Shown here piece after piece: positions 35,313 to 45,256 of a DNA stretch of 49,774 bases. Under the pieces are notes generated by a model. That model had not been told where the DNA came from. It made no database searches and saw nothing but the letters and a program-made list of their open reading frames with translations. This DNA is from a virus. Lineage: Duplodnaviria > Caudoviricetes. Position 1 is the first letter of the stretch. Every line of letters begins with the position of its first letter. The stretch is from positions 1-49,774 of the IMG/VR virus record IMGVR_UViG_3300022741_000072. One strand, given 5' to 3'. Both the position numbers and the translations under genes were made by a program.

Positions 35313-35333
35313 ACCCGCCTCGGCGGGTTTTTT
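35313..35333 (+). terminator. Terminator
   Basis: ACCCGCC-TC-GGCGGGT-TTTTT. Confidence 0.7.
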
Positions 35334-35352
35334 ATTGTCCGGAGATTTTCCC

Positions 35353-35709
35353 ATGACTGACCTCGCCGCCAGCCAGCCTGTGAAGGTTGGCTCGGGCACG
35401 GCTGCCCGCGACATTCTGGTGTATGAACTCACTCCGTTGGAGTACCGCAAGATTCTGCTCGGCACGGCCAGCCTGGCCGATGATGCAGATGTCGAGAGCA
35501 TCGCCCGTTACCAGATCGACCAGGCGCTGCTGGCTGATGTAAGCCTGAGCGACCTGGCGCTGTTCGTGCGGCTGCCTGTGGCTGAGTTGGAAGTGCTGCC
35601 GGCCGGCGCGCTGAAGAAGCTGCTGGCCAAAGCCAAAGAGATGAATCCGGATTTTTTCGACGCTCTGGCGCGCCTGGCCAGCCTCCAGAGCGCGCCCTCG
35701 CCGACCTAG
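35353..35709 (+). CDS. Tail assembly chaperone (G); probable -1 frameshift product G-T to 35798
   Basis: Directly before TMP; NPDFF on GAT TTT TTC; -1 frame open to TGA 35798. Confidence 0.8.
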   Translation: MTDLAASQPVKVGSGTAARDILVYELTPLEYRKILLGTASLADDADVESIARYQIDQALLADVSLSDLALFVRLPVAELEVLPAGALKKLLAKAKEMNPDFFDALARLASLQSAPSPT

Positions 35710-35801
35710 AGCGCAGCCTCGCTGCCCTTGGCCGCCTCGGTCATCCCAATGCAATCCATTACCCATGGCGCATGTTCCTGCGCTGTCTTGAGGTGTGAAC
35801 C

Positions 35802-38792
35802 ATGACTGACGTTGAGCTGCGAATTACGGCGGATGCCGGTGATGCCAGCAAGGAGATTAGCGGCTTCCGCAAGGAATACGCCGAGCTGGTAAAGGCGGTG
35901 GAGAAACCGCTTCGCCAGATCGATGCGCTGCAGAAAACGACCGAGAATGCCAAGGCTGCTACCGCCGCCTATTTCGATGCCAAGCGCCGCGTGGATGATT
36001 TGAAGCGCGCCATCGAGCAGGCCGGCCAACCGGTGAGAGAACTTGACCGCGCTTACGCCCAGGCCCAGCGCACCCTGGCCAGTGCAACGCGTGAGTTCGA
36101 CCGGCAGAAAACCAAAGTGCGCGAGCAGCGTGCCGAGCTGAAAGCCGCTGGTGTTGACGTGCGAAACCTGGCTGCCGAGCAGCAGCGTCTGCAAGGCCAA
36201 CTCGGTTCTGCCATTGGTATGGGCCGAATGGATTCGCAGATCAAGGCTGCGACTGATGCTTTCGGCATCACCCAATTGCGTAACCTGCGCACCCAGTTGG
36301 TGGCTTTGGATGCCGACTATCGCAGGTTGACTGCATCCGCCAACCTCTCCGCACGCGAGCGTATCACCGCCGAGATCCAGTACCAGGCCCAGGTCAACAA
36401 AACCCGTGCGGCGATTCGTGAGCTGGAGACCGGTAGTGAGCAGGTCGGCGGTAACCTCCAGGCGTTGGCCTCTCGCCTGGCTGTTGTGGTGGCGACAGCC
36501 TACAGCCTTGAGCGCGGTTCGCGTGCCTTCTTCGACGTGGCCGATGCCGTCGTCACGATGGAGGATCGCCTGCAGGCGGCTACACAAAGCCAGGACGAGT
36601 ACGATCGCTCCCTGGCTCGCCTCGAGGAAACGTCGAAGCGCGTGCGCATCCCGCTGGCGGCTACTTCGGAGCTCTTCCTCAACTCTGTTCGTCCGCTACG
36701 TGAGATGGGCTTCTCTGCCGCTATGACAGCGGACATGGTAGCTGCACTCTCGGCCGGCTTGGTGACCAGCAACGTCAAGGGCCAGCAGGCTGAAGCGGTG
36801 ATCAACCAGCTGAGCCAGGGCTTGCAGACCGGCACTATTCGCGGTGAGGCCTTCAACGCCATGCTGCGGAACGCGCCTACACTGATCAATGCCTTGACCG
36901 AGGGCCTTGGTGTTAGCCGCGCCGAGTTGATCCGCATGTCTGCTGCCGGAGAGTTGACGACAGATCGCTTTGTAACAGCTCTGAGCAAGCAAGCTGAGCA
37001 ATTGCTTGAACTGGCTGACAAGATGCGTAGCACTGTAGGTGATGCACGCAGCACCAACACCGATGCGATCAATAAGGTGGTAGGTGCTATTGACTCTCTA
37101 ACAGGGGCTTCTGACGCTGCAATAAAGCGTCTGGATGATCTGTCCGTTGCGCTGGATAAGGCTGCGGAGGGGGATGGCAGAGGGATCGCAGATTTCATAT
37201 CTGATCGAACCAAATATTCCTGGTTTAGCGGTTTCTCGCTTTGGATCGAGGGGTTCAAATCTTGGTCAGACGCTGGCATGGAAGCCTCCGAGACGGTTAT
37301 CAGCGCCGAGCAGCAAGCGGCTGATCGCTCGCGTGAGCTGGAAGAGCAGAGCCTGGCTGCCAAACGCGCCTACGCTGCCGAGTTCAACCAGATCAGCGCT
37401 GACCTGGCGGTGAAGTTCAAGAACGCTCTCGATGACCAAGTGGCAGCCCAGCGCAAGGCCAACAGCGAACTTGGCAAGGCGCGCAATGCGCAGCTGGAAA
37501 CGGAGAAGCGTTACAAGTCTGCTCTCGAAAAGCTTCGGGTTGGTGCCACAGGCCCAGCTAGTTACAACAATGCGCAGACCCTGCAAGTGGCTGCACGCGA
37601 TGCATTGCGGCGCAACGATGTCGAGGGGGCCAAGCGTAACGCCCAGGCAGCGCTGAAGATGCTGACCGAGCTGGCCGAGGCCGGTGAGAACACCTACGGC
37701 TTTGCCGGAATGATCCAGGGGCTGCAGGCCATCGAGCAGAAAGCCGACAAGATCAACGTCGACAAGGCCGAGAAGAGCTTCGAGGCAGCAAGGAAGAAAA
37801 CTCAGGAGTGGAAGAAAGAACTCGAAGCGCTGAAGAACTTCACCATTGTCCCTGAAATTTCTGACCAGGCCTTGGCTGATGAGGCCGCCAAACTGCGCAA
37901 GTGGGCACAACAGATCGGCCTCGATATTTCCCTCGCCCCACGTGTGCTGCCCAGTGATACGCCGACCAGTGCACTGGGTGCAGGCCTTGGCGCGACTCAG
38001 CCGTCGGTAATCATTGACCCGAAGGCGAAGCCCGCGCCGGCGGCCGCCGTGCCGGTTCCGGCAAAGCCGCAGTGGGTGAGGGAGGGCAACACCTTCTCCG
38101 ACCCCGTCGAGGTGGCAGCCAAGCCCAAGTGGGTGCAGGACGGTAATAGCTTCGGCGATGCCCTCCCGGTAGAAGCCAAGGTGGTGGGTATTCGCCAGGA
38201 CGGCGAGAACAGCTTCACCAACCTGCCGCCAGTCGATGTCGAGCTTGGCATCGACGAAGCCTCTGCGGCTGCAGCGGTGCAGGCGGTTGAGGGCATTGCC
38301 CAGGTGTTGCGGCAGAAGCTGCAGGTGCCTATCAGCGTTGGGCCGGTCACCAGTGGCCCGCAGGATGCTGCCGGCTTCTCCGCCGGCGGCTGGACTGGCC
38401 CTGGCAGCAAGTACCAGCCGGCCGGCGTGGTGCATGCCGACGAGCATGTGCAGCCCAAGGAGGTGGTGAACGAGCCGGGTGCGCTGCCGTTCCTCGAGCG
38501 CATCCGCCGCCATGGATTCGGCAACACCATCAGCGAGTTGCGTGCGCGGATTGCAGCAGGTCAGCGGGGTTATGCGGCTGGAGGGCTGGTTACACCAAGC
38601 CGCCCGGTGCCGACCATCCCGTCTCTGGCTCCGGCATTGCAGGAGCAGTTGGCCGGCCCCGCTTTCCCCGATCTAGGGCGCGTTGTTCTTGAGGCGGGCG
38701 GGCAGGAGTACGTGCTGTATGCGCCGCCACAAGAGGCGCTCAACCTACGCCGGAATGCCCTGAAGTTCGGCGGCACAGCCCGTCGTAAATAG
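35802..38792 (+). CDS. Tail tape measure protein
   Basis: 996 aa, Ala-rich coiled coil, tape-measure motif QLSQGLQTGTIRGEAFNAM. Confidence 0.92.
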   Translation: MTDVELRITADAGDASKEISGFRKEYAELVKAVEKPLRQIDALQKTTENAKAATAAYFDAKRRVDDLKRAIEQAGQPVRELDRAYAQAQRTLASATREFDRQKTKVREQRAELKAAGVDVRNLAAEQQRLQGQLGSAIGMGRMDSQIKAATDAFGITQLRNLRTQLVALDADYRRLTASANLSARERITAEIQYQAQVNKTRAAIRELETGSEQVGGNLQALASRLAVVVATAYSLERGSRAFFDVADAVVTMEDRLQAATQSQDEYDRSLARLEETSKRVRIPLAATSELFLNSVRPLREMGFSAAMTADMVAALSAGLVTSNVKGQQAEAVINQLSQGLQTGTIRGEAFNAMLRNAPTLINALTEGLGVSRAELIRMSAAGELTTDRFVTALSKQAEQLLELADKMRSTVGDARSTNTDAINKVVGAIDSLTGASDAAIKRLDDLSVALDKAAEGDGRGIADFISDRTKYSWFSGFSLWIEGFKSWSDAGMEASETVISAEQQAADRSRELEEQSLAAKRAYAAEFNQISADLAVKFKNALDDQVAAQRKANSELGKARNAQLETEKRYKSALEKLRVGATGPASYNNAQTLQVAARDALRRNDVEGAKRNAQAALKMLTELAEAGENTYGFAGMIQGLQAIEQKADKINVDKAEKSFEAARKKTQEWKKELEALKNFTIVPEISDQALADEAAKLRKWAQQIGLDISLAPRVLPSDTPTSALGAGLGATQPSVIIDPKAKPAPAAAVPVPAKPQWVREGNTFSDPVEVAAKPKWVQDGNSFGDALPVEAKVVGIRQDGENSFTNLPPVDVELGIDEASAAAAVQAVEGIAQVLRQKLQVPISVGPVTSGPQDAAGFSAGGWTGPGSKYQPAGVVHADEHVQPKEVVNEPGALPFLERIRRHGFGNTISELRARIAAGQRGYAAGGLVTPSRPVPTIPSLAPALQEQLAGPAFPDLGRVVLEAGGQEYVLYAPPQEALNLRRNALKFGGTARRK

Positions 38793-38830
38793 CCCGCCTC
38801 GTGCGGGCTTCGTTTTTCTGGAGCCCATGA

Positions 38831-39343
38831 ATGTCTCTACCACGGATCATGCTCGGCGGTGTCGAGCTTGTGCTGCACTCTGGCGCGCCAGTTGAAACGC
38901 TGGAGCCGCTTGGGGCGGGCAGTCAGCTGTTACGCATGAGCGACGGGGCGGGCGTGATTCAAACCCACTTCGAGAAGATGGCCGGCAGCATCAGCGGCCA
39001 AGGCTGGATGCCACCGGGCCTTTCGGGTCTGAGCTACAGCCTGCCCATGGAGCTGCGCAGCACCAAGGTTGAGAGCATCGGCGGTGATGGGTTGGTGCAT
39101 AACCTGACCAGCACCCCTCGGCCTGATTTCCCGCCCTGGGGCCTGGCACTGGTTGGCCGTGAATGGGTGGACACACCATGCACTGTAGTGGGCGGCGTTG
39201 CCACTCTGGTTGCGGTGCCAGGCGCTACAGCCTATCGCGTCAGCTGGATGCCCGTGTTTTCGGTGCGTGCTACTCGCCCGAGTGAGAATCAGGACTCTGG
39301 CGGCAACGTGCACAGCTGGTCGCTGAACTGGGAAGAGGTGTAA
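38831..39343 (+). CDS. Tail protein (distal-tail position)
   Basis: Synteny after TMP. Confidence 0.6.
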   Translation: MSLPRIMLGGVELVLHSGAPVETLEPLGAGSQLLRMSDGAGVIQTHFEKMAGSISGQGWMPPGLSGLSYSLPMELRSTKVESIGGDGLVHNLTSTPRPDFPPWGLALVGREWVDTPCTVVGGVATLVAVPGATAYRVSWMPVFSVRATRPSENQDSGGNVHSWSLNWEEV

Positions 39344-39346
39344 CCC

Positions 39347-41071
39347 ATGCTGATCGGAGCTCAGCCGCTGGCCAGCGGCCCGCTTGCTGTCGCCGTGGGT
39401 TCCGCCTACGAACCGGTATATGTGGTGCGTGGCCAGGCGTTCAACTGGCGGCTGCGCCTGCTCGTGGATGGTGTAGACCTGACCAGTCAGCTCACCGGTG
39501 TGATCGACACTGATCGCGAGGAGGGCGCGGCTGGTGTTGGGGGCTTTGTGCTGTACCTGCCGCCAGGCCCGGTGGTGCCGGATGACTGGAAGGGCAAGCC
39601 GGTGACACTGGATTTCATCAGTCGCAACCGTGATGGCGTAATCACCGAGAAGCGCCTGTTCACCGGCAAGATCGAAATGCCCGAATGGGATGCGACCTGG
39701 CGCCTGCTGGCTTGCGATTGCAGCGACCAGCTGCAGCAAAAAGTCGAGGGCATGCCGATCGAGACAATCGACAGCATGACCGGTGGCCACTGGTCGGCGG
39801 ATCTGTTCGAGCCCGTTACCGGGCGCAGTCGCTGGGACTATGCGCAGGAGCGCATGCAGAGCAGGGCGGCCAGCCTGGATTGTTCGCCAACCGGTGATGT
39901 GCGCGTGACCGACTGGGCGGCCGCTGCTGTGCCGCACTTCGTGTTCGGCCCCGGCACCACGTTGTTCGATAGTGTGCAGATTGACCTGCAGCCGCTCGGA
40001 GCCGCCACCAACCGCTTGGAGATCGAAGCCGGCTACCGCTTCCCGCGGTTATGGCAGCACATCCAGGGCTTCGGCTGGACGCACCCGGAGTACACCAACA
40101 CCGGCATCCCCGGCTTCTGTAACTGGCGCACGTACACCAGTGACCTGCCCACCACTGAGATGATCACCGACGCCATCACTGGCGCCGGCCTGACCATGGT
40201 GGGCGCCGTGGGGGGTTACAAGCTGCCGCCGAGCATGGCCAACCCGTGCGGTGATGGCAACGCGTGGACGAACACCTTCGACAACCTCTGGCTGAGCGCC
40301 ACGGCCAGCGGCGGGCGCCGCTGGGTGCAGCAAGTGACCGAGAGTTACAAGCTGCTACTGACAGCAATCGGTGGTGAAGACGAAGCCACGCAAGTGATCG
40401 CCCGCGACAGCGGTAGCGTGGCTATCGAGAGCAGCCAGGCGGATGAGTGGGAGTCGAGCAAGCCGTCATCGTCCGTGCCGGACGTTGTCGATTTGTCCGA
40501 TGAGGTGCGCCGCACTGCTGCGCTGTTGACGCTGCTGTGGGGTGGGGCGGTGCAGCTGCTGAGCGCGCATCGTGGCACCACGCTGAGCTGGCAGGTGCCG
40601 ACCGACCTGGCCTTGGGTGTTGACCTGGTGCACACCCTGCGTCTGGAAGACAAAGCCCTGGCGCAGGGTAAGTGCCGACGCATTCAGCACCGCATCGACA
40701 TCGAGGGCGGTACGGCGATCACGACGATCAGCGTAGCGATCAGTCGCGGCGGTGGCGTGGGTGACCCGCTCACCGTTCCGGCGCGGCCCGACACCAGTTT
40801 GCCGCCCATTGAGGGTGGTTCGATTCTGGTCACCCAGCTTGGCGGCCGGCTGAATGACCCGATCACCGGGCTGCCCATCCCACCGTATGACGACGGGCGC
40901 CTGGGCTTCTCCGGCAACTGGGACGTGAAGGACGATTTGACCGCCGAGGACTTCCCGCGCCGGTTCGATGTGGAGGCGGTGGAGATTCCTGAGATCTACC
41001 GCGACGAGCGTACCGGTGAAGTGACCGCACATTACCGGGTGGCCATTCCCAATGACCTGCTGGAGTTGTAG
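39347..41071 (+). CDS. Tail/baseplate hub-like protein
   Basis: 574 aa; synteny. Confidence 0.6.
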   Translation: MLIGAQPLASGPLAVAVGSAYEPVYVVRGQAFNWRLRLLVDGVDLTSQLTGVIDTDREEGAAGVGGFVLYLPPGPVVPDDWKGKPVTLDFISRNRDGVITEKRLFTGKIEMPEWDATWRLLACDCSDQLQQKVEGMPIETIDSMTGGHWSADLFEPVTGRSRWDYAQERMQSRAASLDCSPTGDVRVTDWAAAAVPHFVFGPGTTLFDSVQIDLQPLGAATNRLEIEAGYRFPRLWQHIQGFGWTHPEYTNTGIPGFCNWRTYTSDLPTTEMITDAITGAGLTMVGAVGGYKLPPSMANPCGDGNAWTNTFDNLWLSATASGGRRWVQQVTESYKLLLTAIGGEDEATQVIARDSGSVAIESSQADEWESSKPSSSVPDVVDLSDEVRRTAALLTLLWGGAVQLLSAHRGTTLSWQVPTDLALGVDLVHTLRLEDKALAQGKCRRIQHRIDIEGGTAITTISVAISRGGGVGDPLTVPARPDTSLPPIEGGSILVTQLGGRLNDPITGLPIPPYDDGRLGFSGNWDVKDDLTAEDFPRRFDVEAVEIPEIYRDERTGEVTAHYRVAIPNDLLEL

Positions 41072-41073
41072 CG

Positions 41074-41508
41074 ATGGCGACACTTGCGCAACAACGCGCC
41101 GCGATTGCGGCGGGTATGCGTTCATCCCGCCAGGGTACTAGCGAGGCCTCTCGCCGGGCAACCGGCGAGGCGATGGTGAGCCGCCGCACGGGGCGCGATG
41201 AGGTCGATGACCTCAATGCCGTTATCACCCAGCCCCGCCAGCGCACGACCCTGCGTACCGTCGAACCGCGCGGCAGCGTGCCGGCGCAGGTGGGGCGGGG
41301 TAACTACACGGCGCCGCCGGCTGCCGGTGCTGGCTTGGCTAGTCCGGTAACTGAGCCGAGCTTTGCTGTGCGAGAGTTCTGGGCGAATGGGTTGGCGAGC
41401 AGCGACGGTCTGTTCTTTCTGCCTGCGCCAAAGAAAATCGTCATGCAAGACGCCAACGGTGCCGAAGCCGTTTTCGAGTATGCGCAGCCTGTGGTGCCCA
41501 GCCCATGA
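41074..41508 (+). CDS. Hypothetical tail-region protein
   Basis: Coupled ORF in the tail operon. Confidence 0.6.
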   Translation: MATLAQQRAAIAAGMRSSRQGTSEASRRATGEAMVSRRTGRDEVDDLNAVITQPRQRTTLRTVEPRGSVPAQVGRGNYTAPPAAGAGLASPVTEPSFAVREFWANGLASSDGLFFLPAPKKIVMQDANGAEAVFEYAQPVVPSP

Positions 41509-43145
41509 ACCCAGACAACGTACCGCCGTGGGGTTGCCCCTGGCACGGCCTTGTGAAGGGCGCGCGCGTGCAATTGCCCAACGGCAGCTCCCGGCCTTAC
41601 TCGCAGCCTGGTTCAACAATCCACAACATGTCGGGCAACACGTCCTTGCTTGCATGTCCTGGCGTGCCGGTTGTTGAGCGAACCGAGGAAGAGGCAGCAG
41701 CCGATGCTGACGCCGGCATGCAGTGGTGGAACGTCGCGGTGCTGGCTGGCAATCGGCTGCATGGTCGCGAAATGCCGGCCGGTGGGTGGGTGTATATCGA
41801 CCCTGCCGGTGACCGCTGGCTTGTGGCGCTGAGCTTGTCCGGCGCGACGGGCGGCGGCACTCGGAATCTCACGCTACGTCGTTTCGGCGTGCTTGGCGGT
41901 GCGCCGACTCAGTACGTGTATAGCGTGACCGTACCGAATATGGGGCAGACCACGCCGGTCATTTCCGGTTCTGACGGCACTCTGTCTGTATTGCGGCATC
42001 ACAGCAATCCGACCGGGAGTGCTTCGGTGTTCGAAGTTTCGGTTGGCTTCGGTGCATCTTTGCCTGGGCAGCCAGATGCCAACCGCTACTGGCCGCGCCG
42101 CCCGTGCGGCTGGGTTGAAGTCCGGCTGAGCGGGCCGGGGGCGGAATGCGAGGTTGTGATCGAGGTACTGAAGACGCGCGCCCAGGCGCTTGGTACTGCC
42201 TACTTCGATGATTTCGAGTTGTCGCTGGAAACGTACTGGCTCGTCGAGGAGCGTGATGGCGGTGGCGCGCTGACCGGTACACGCCTGACGACAGACTCGC
42301 CGCCGCCCGGCACCACCAACTCGGTGGCGGTCTACCATGCGATCAGCGATGGCGCTGCGCTCAGTTCGGGTTTCGACGACTACGTGGTCGGCATGTGGTA
42401 CGACAATGCTGGGGTAAGGCATGAGTTGACGGCGTTTCGGCATGTTGAGATGACGCTCAACTCGCCGCCGATAGAGCATGAGGGGCCGACCTGGTTCCCG
42501 GCCGGCAGCACGATCACGGGCACATTCAGTATCACGCAGACGACCACGATGTTGATCAGGTTCGGTTACCTGCTCGATGGTGTAGAGGTCTATGCGCAGG
42601 AATACAACGCCGCCGAGAACGCGGAATATGATGTGGTGCTCAACGGTTCTGATGCTGTGCAGTCTGGGAGCATTTCCGCGACATTCGACCCTGGGATCAC
42701 AATAACGGACGGCTACGCGACAACGGTGGCGCCGCGTCCGCCGACAGGGCTGTCGCTTGGCGGGTCGCGTTACTTGGGTGCGCCCAGCGCCTGGAACGAT
42801 CCCGGTCTCACACCCAGTCGCATTTCGCTGAATTACCGTTGGGGGTTCGAGGTGCCTGCCGCTGGCCAGCTGCCCCCGGCTGTTAATTTCGCGCTGTATC
42901 GCTTCTGCAACCAACTCTACGGCGTTGTGAACTGGCATTTGCCGGATTCCGGCCCGCCGTTTCTCTATCGCTACCACTACCTGCCGGCTGTCGTGACGCC
43001 TGGCGGTTTGGGGGCGCTGCCTGAGATCGACACCACACAATCGCGCGGCACTGCGTTTGCGCAGTTCGATGTGCTGGCCTACGGCAGCTGGTGCCCAGTT
43101 ACCGCCCAGGCCGCCCGAGACACTGAGCCCGTCTGCTTCACCTGA
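41505..43145 (+). CDS. Putative tail tip / receptor-binding protein
   Basis: WGCPWHGL N-terminus, beta-rich 546 aa; synteny. Confidence 0.55.
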   Translation: MNPDNVPPWGCPWHGLVKGARVQLPNGSSRPYSQPGSTIHNMSGNTSLLACPGVPVVERTEEEAAADADAGMQWWNVAVLAGNRLHGREMPAGGWVYIDPAGDRWLVALSLSGATGGGTRNLTLRRFGVLGGAPTQYVYSVTVPNMGQTTPVISGSDGTLSVLRHHSNPTGSASVFEVSVGFGASLPGQPDANRYWPRRPCGWVEVRLSGPGAECEVVIEVLKTRAQALGTAYFDDFELSLETYWLVEERDGGGALTGTRLTTDSPPPGTTNSVAVYHAISDGAALSSGFDDYVVGMWYDNAGVRHELTAFRHVEMTLNSPPIEHEGPTWFPAGSTITGTFSITQTTTMLIRFGYLLDGVEVYAQEYNAAENAEYDVVLNGSDAVQSGSISATFDPGITITDGYATTVAPRPPTGLSLGGSRYLGAPSAWNDPGLTPSRISLNYRWGFEVPAAGQLPPAVNFALYRFCNQLYGVVNWHLPDSGPPFLYRYHYLPAVVTPGGLGALPEIDTTQSRGTAFAQFDVLAYGSWCPVTAQAARDTEPVCFT

Positions 43146-43157
43146 CTGGAGACTTGC

Positions 43158-43859
43158 ATGAATTTCGTAAACAACTGGCTCAGGGAAATCACCCTGGCTG
43201 CCGGCGAGTTCGAGTGCCCGCTTGATTTGCCGGATGGTACGTATCGCCTGGTGCTTGCCGATGGGATCGGCGTTGCGGCAACTCGCATCGAGGTGATCGA
43301 GGCATACGTGGTCGAGGGTGTTGCCGAGCTACAGCGCGGCCTTGAGGGCACCGAGGATCAGGATTGGGGCGAGGGTACCGTCATTCATAGCACCCTGACC
43401 GCCGGTGTGCTGCTGGATGTGTTTTCCAGGTTGCAGGAATTGGATGCACGCGTGACGGCCCTTGAGCCGAGTACTCGTTTGTATCTACGCATCACGTTCA
43501 CTGACTGGACATACGGTGCTTACTCGCGAATCACGAGCGTCGCGGCTTATGCCGGGGGCGAGCAGGTGCAGGAGCTTGACCTGTCGCTCTTCGCGCAAGC
43601 AGAAGGGCAGGGAGGCTCATACGTCGACTCATCACCGGGCGGTGTCGTGATCGGCACAAACGATCCCACGGCGAACATCGATTGCGGTGCAAATCTCGAT
43701 GCCGGGTGGGACGAGCTACGAATCACTATCACTGATAGCTATGGCTTCGGGGCCGATGTTGCGGTGCTGACCTCTTTCTCGCCCGAGAACATTGTTTCTA
43801 GCGACTCGTTCCCGACGAACGGAGCCGGCGGCATCGATATCTCGCTGCCGCTCGTATAA
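43158..43859 (+). CDS. Hypothetical tail-associated protein
   Basis: MNFVNNW...RGLEGT..QDW..G N-terminus; GGAG RBS. Confidence 0.6.
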   Translation: MNFVNNWLREITLAAGEFECPLDLPDGTYRLVLADGIGVAATRIEVIEAYVVEGVAELQRGLEGTEDQDWGEGTVIHSTLTAGVLLDVFSRLQELDARVTALEPSTRLYLRITFTDWTYGAYSRITSVAAYAGGEQVQELDLSLFAQAEGQGGSYVDSSPGGVVIGTNDPTANIDCGANLDAGWDELRITITDSYGFGADVAVLTSFSPENIVSSDSFPTNGAGGIDISLPLV

Positions 43860-43880
43860 CCCCGCAACCGGGAGACCCAT

Positions 43881-44468
43881 ATGCAGCCCGCCTGCCTAGA
43901 CCTGCCCATCATTCCGGGCGCTACAAACCGAAAACCGCTATTCCTGCTCCAGCCGCGCTTCGAGCGCAAAGCCATTACCGAGGTGCAGAAAACCCCGTCA
44001 CTGAAACTGACCGTCCCTGAGCACGGCCTGGTCGCCGAGTGGCCTTGCTGGGTTGAGGGGGTGTCCGGCTTCAGCGCGCTGAACCGCCAGCCCCCGCAGC
44101 AGGCGCCCTGGATGGTCGGCGTGATCGATGCAGACACGGTAGAGATTAACGCGCTGAACGGCGCAGAGCAGAACGGCCGCGGCGGGTGGCTGATGTATCA
44201 GCCAGGCGTCGACCTGACCGACGCAAGCGCCAAGCTCACTCTCACGGGCCACGGCTACAGCCTTGAGCTGACCATCGCCAACGAAGGCCTGCAGGTGCTC
44301 GGTGTGGGCCGCCTGATGATCGTGCTCACACCGGCACAGAGCGCAGCCATTCCGTTGAATGGCGTGACGTACACGCTCGATATCACGTGGCAGAACGGCG
44401 ACGTAGACCGCTGGCTCGATGGGCCGGTGAGCGTTCGTAGAGGGGGTAGCCATGGCTGCTGCACCTGA
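43881..44468 (+). CDS. Hypothetical tail-associated protein
   Basis: GGAG RBS; in operon. Confidence 0.6.
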   Translation: MQPACLDLPIIPGATNRKPLFLLQPRFERKAITEVQKTPSLKLTVPEHGLVAEWPCWVEGVSGFSALNRQPPQQAPWMVGVIDADTVEINALNGAEQNGRGGWLMYQPGVDLTDASAKLTLTGHGYSLELTIANEGLQVLGVGRLMIVLTPAQSAAIPLNGVTYTLDITWQNGDVDRWLDGPVSVRRGGSHGCCT

Positions 44469-44673
44469 TGTGCTCGTGCTTGGTGAACCGTTCGTGCTGC
44501 TGGTTGAGCCGACAGCAGCGCCGGCCGTGGTCGTTGCGGCAGGCGGGCAGGGGCCGCCCGGTCGCAATGGTGTCGACGGCGCAACGATAAGCCCAGACCC
44601 AGGAAACCAGATTCAGAACCGCCCGACCGGGCTCTACGTGCCGCCCGCTGAGTGGGTCGGCACCGAATGGTAA
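44452..44673 (+). CDS. Small protein with short collagen-like stretch
   Basis: GGQGPPGRNGVDG. Confidence 0.55.
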   Translation: MAAAPDVLVLGEPFVLLVEPTAAPAVVVAAGGQGPPGRNGVDGATISPDPGNQIQNRPTGLYVPPAEWVGTEW

Positions 44674-44685
44674 TCAGGAGGCCGC

Positions 44686-45252
44686 ATGGCTCAAGTTCGA
44701 TTCTTCAAAGTCACTACGCTGCCGGGTTCTCTGCAGCCTGACTCGTTCTATTTCGTCGAGAACGGCAGCTATGCCGAAAGCTATCTGACCAACAGCTCCG
44801 GCGTGGCACGGGCGGTTGGCAACTCGGCAATGATCAATGCCCTGATCAGTGAGGCCCTGGCCAACTGGTCGGGCGTGGCCAGCACGGTGCAGATCGTCGC
44901 TGACATCGCTGCCCGGGATGCCCTGATCGCCACGCTCGAAGCCAATGCGATGATCCTTGTGATCGACGCCACGGCCGACCCCACCGTCGATGCTGGTTCC
45001 GCGCTCTATGCCTACGACGCGACGGCGGAAGAGACCTACAAGGTCGCCGAGTATGAGTCGATGGACGTGGTGCTCCAGTGGGCTGATCTCGTGGGCGGCC
45101 CGACTTCTACCCCGGCGCAGATCGACAACAGCGTCAGCCTGGCTCACAGCCACTCGAACAAATCGACGCTGGATTTGCTGGGAGCAGACGCTGACGGGCT
45201 GCTTTACAACGGCCAGGGCGTGACCACTCGCTGGACAAATAACAACTGGTGA
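44686..45252 (+). CDS. Hypothetical tail-associated protein
   Basis: AGGAGG RBS. Confidence 0.65.
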   Translation: MAQVRFFKVTTLPGSLQPDSFYFVENGSYAESYLTNSSGVARAVGNSAMINALISEALANWSGVASTVQIVADIAARDALIATLEANAMILVIDATADPTVDAGSALYAYDATAEETYKVAEYESMDVVLQWADLVGGPTSTPAQIDNSVSLAHSHSNKSTLDLLGADADGLLYNGQGVTTRWTNNNW

Positions 45253-45256
45253 TCCT

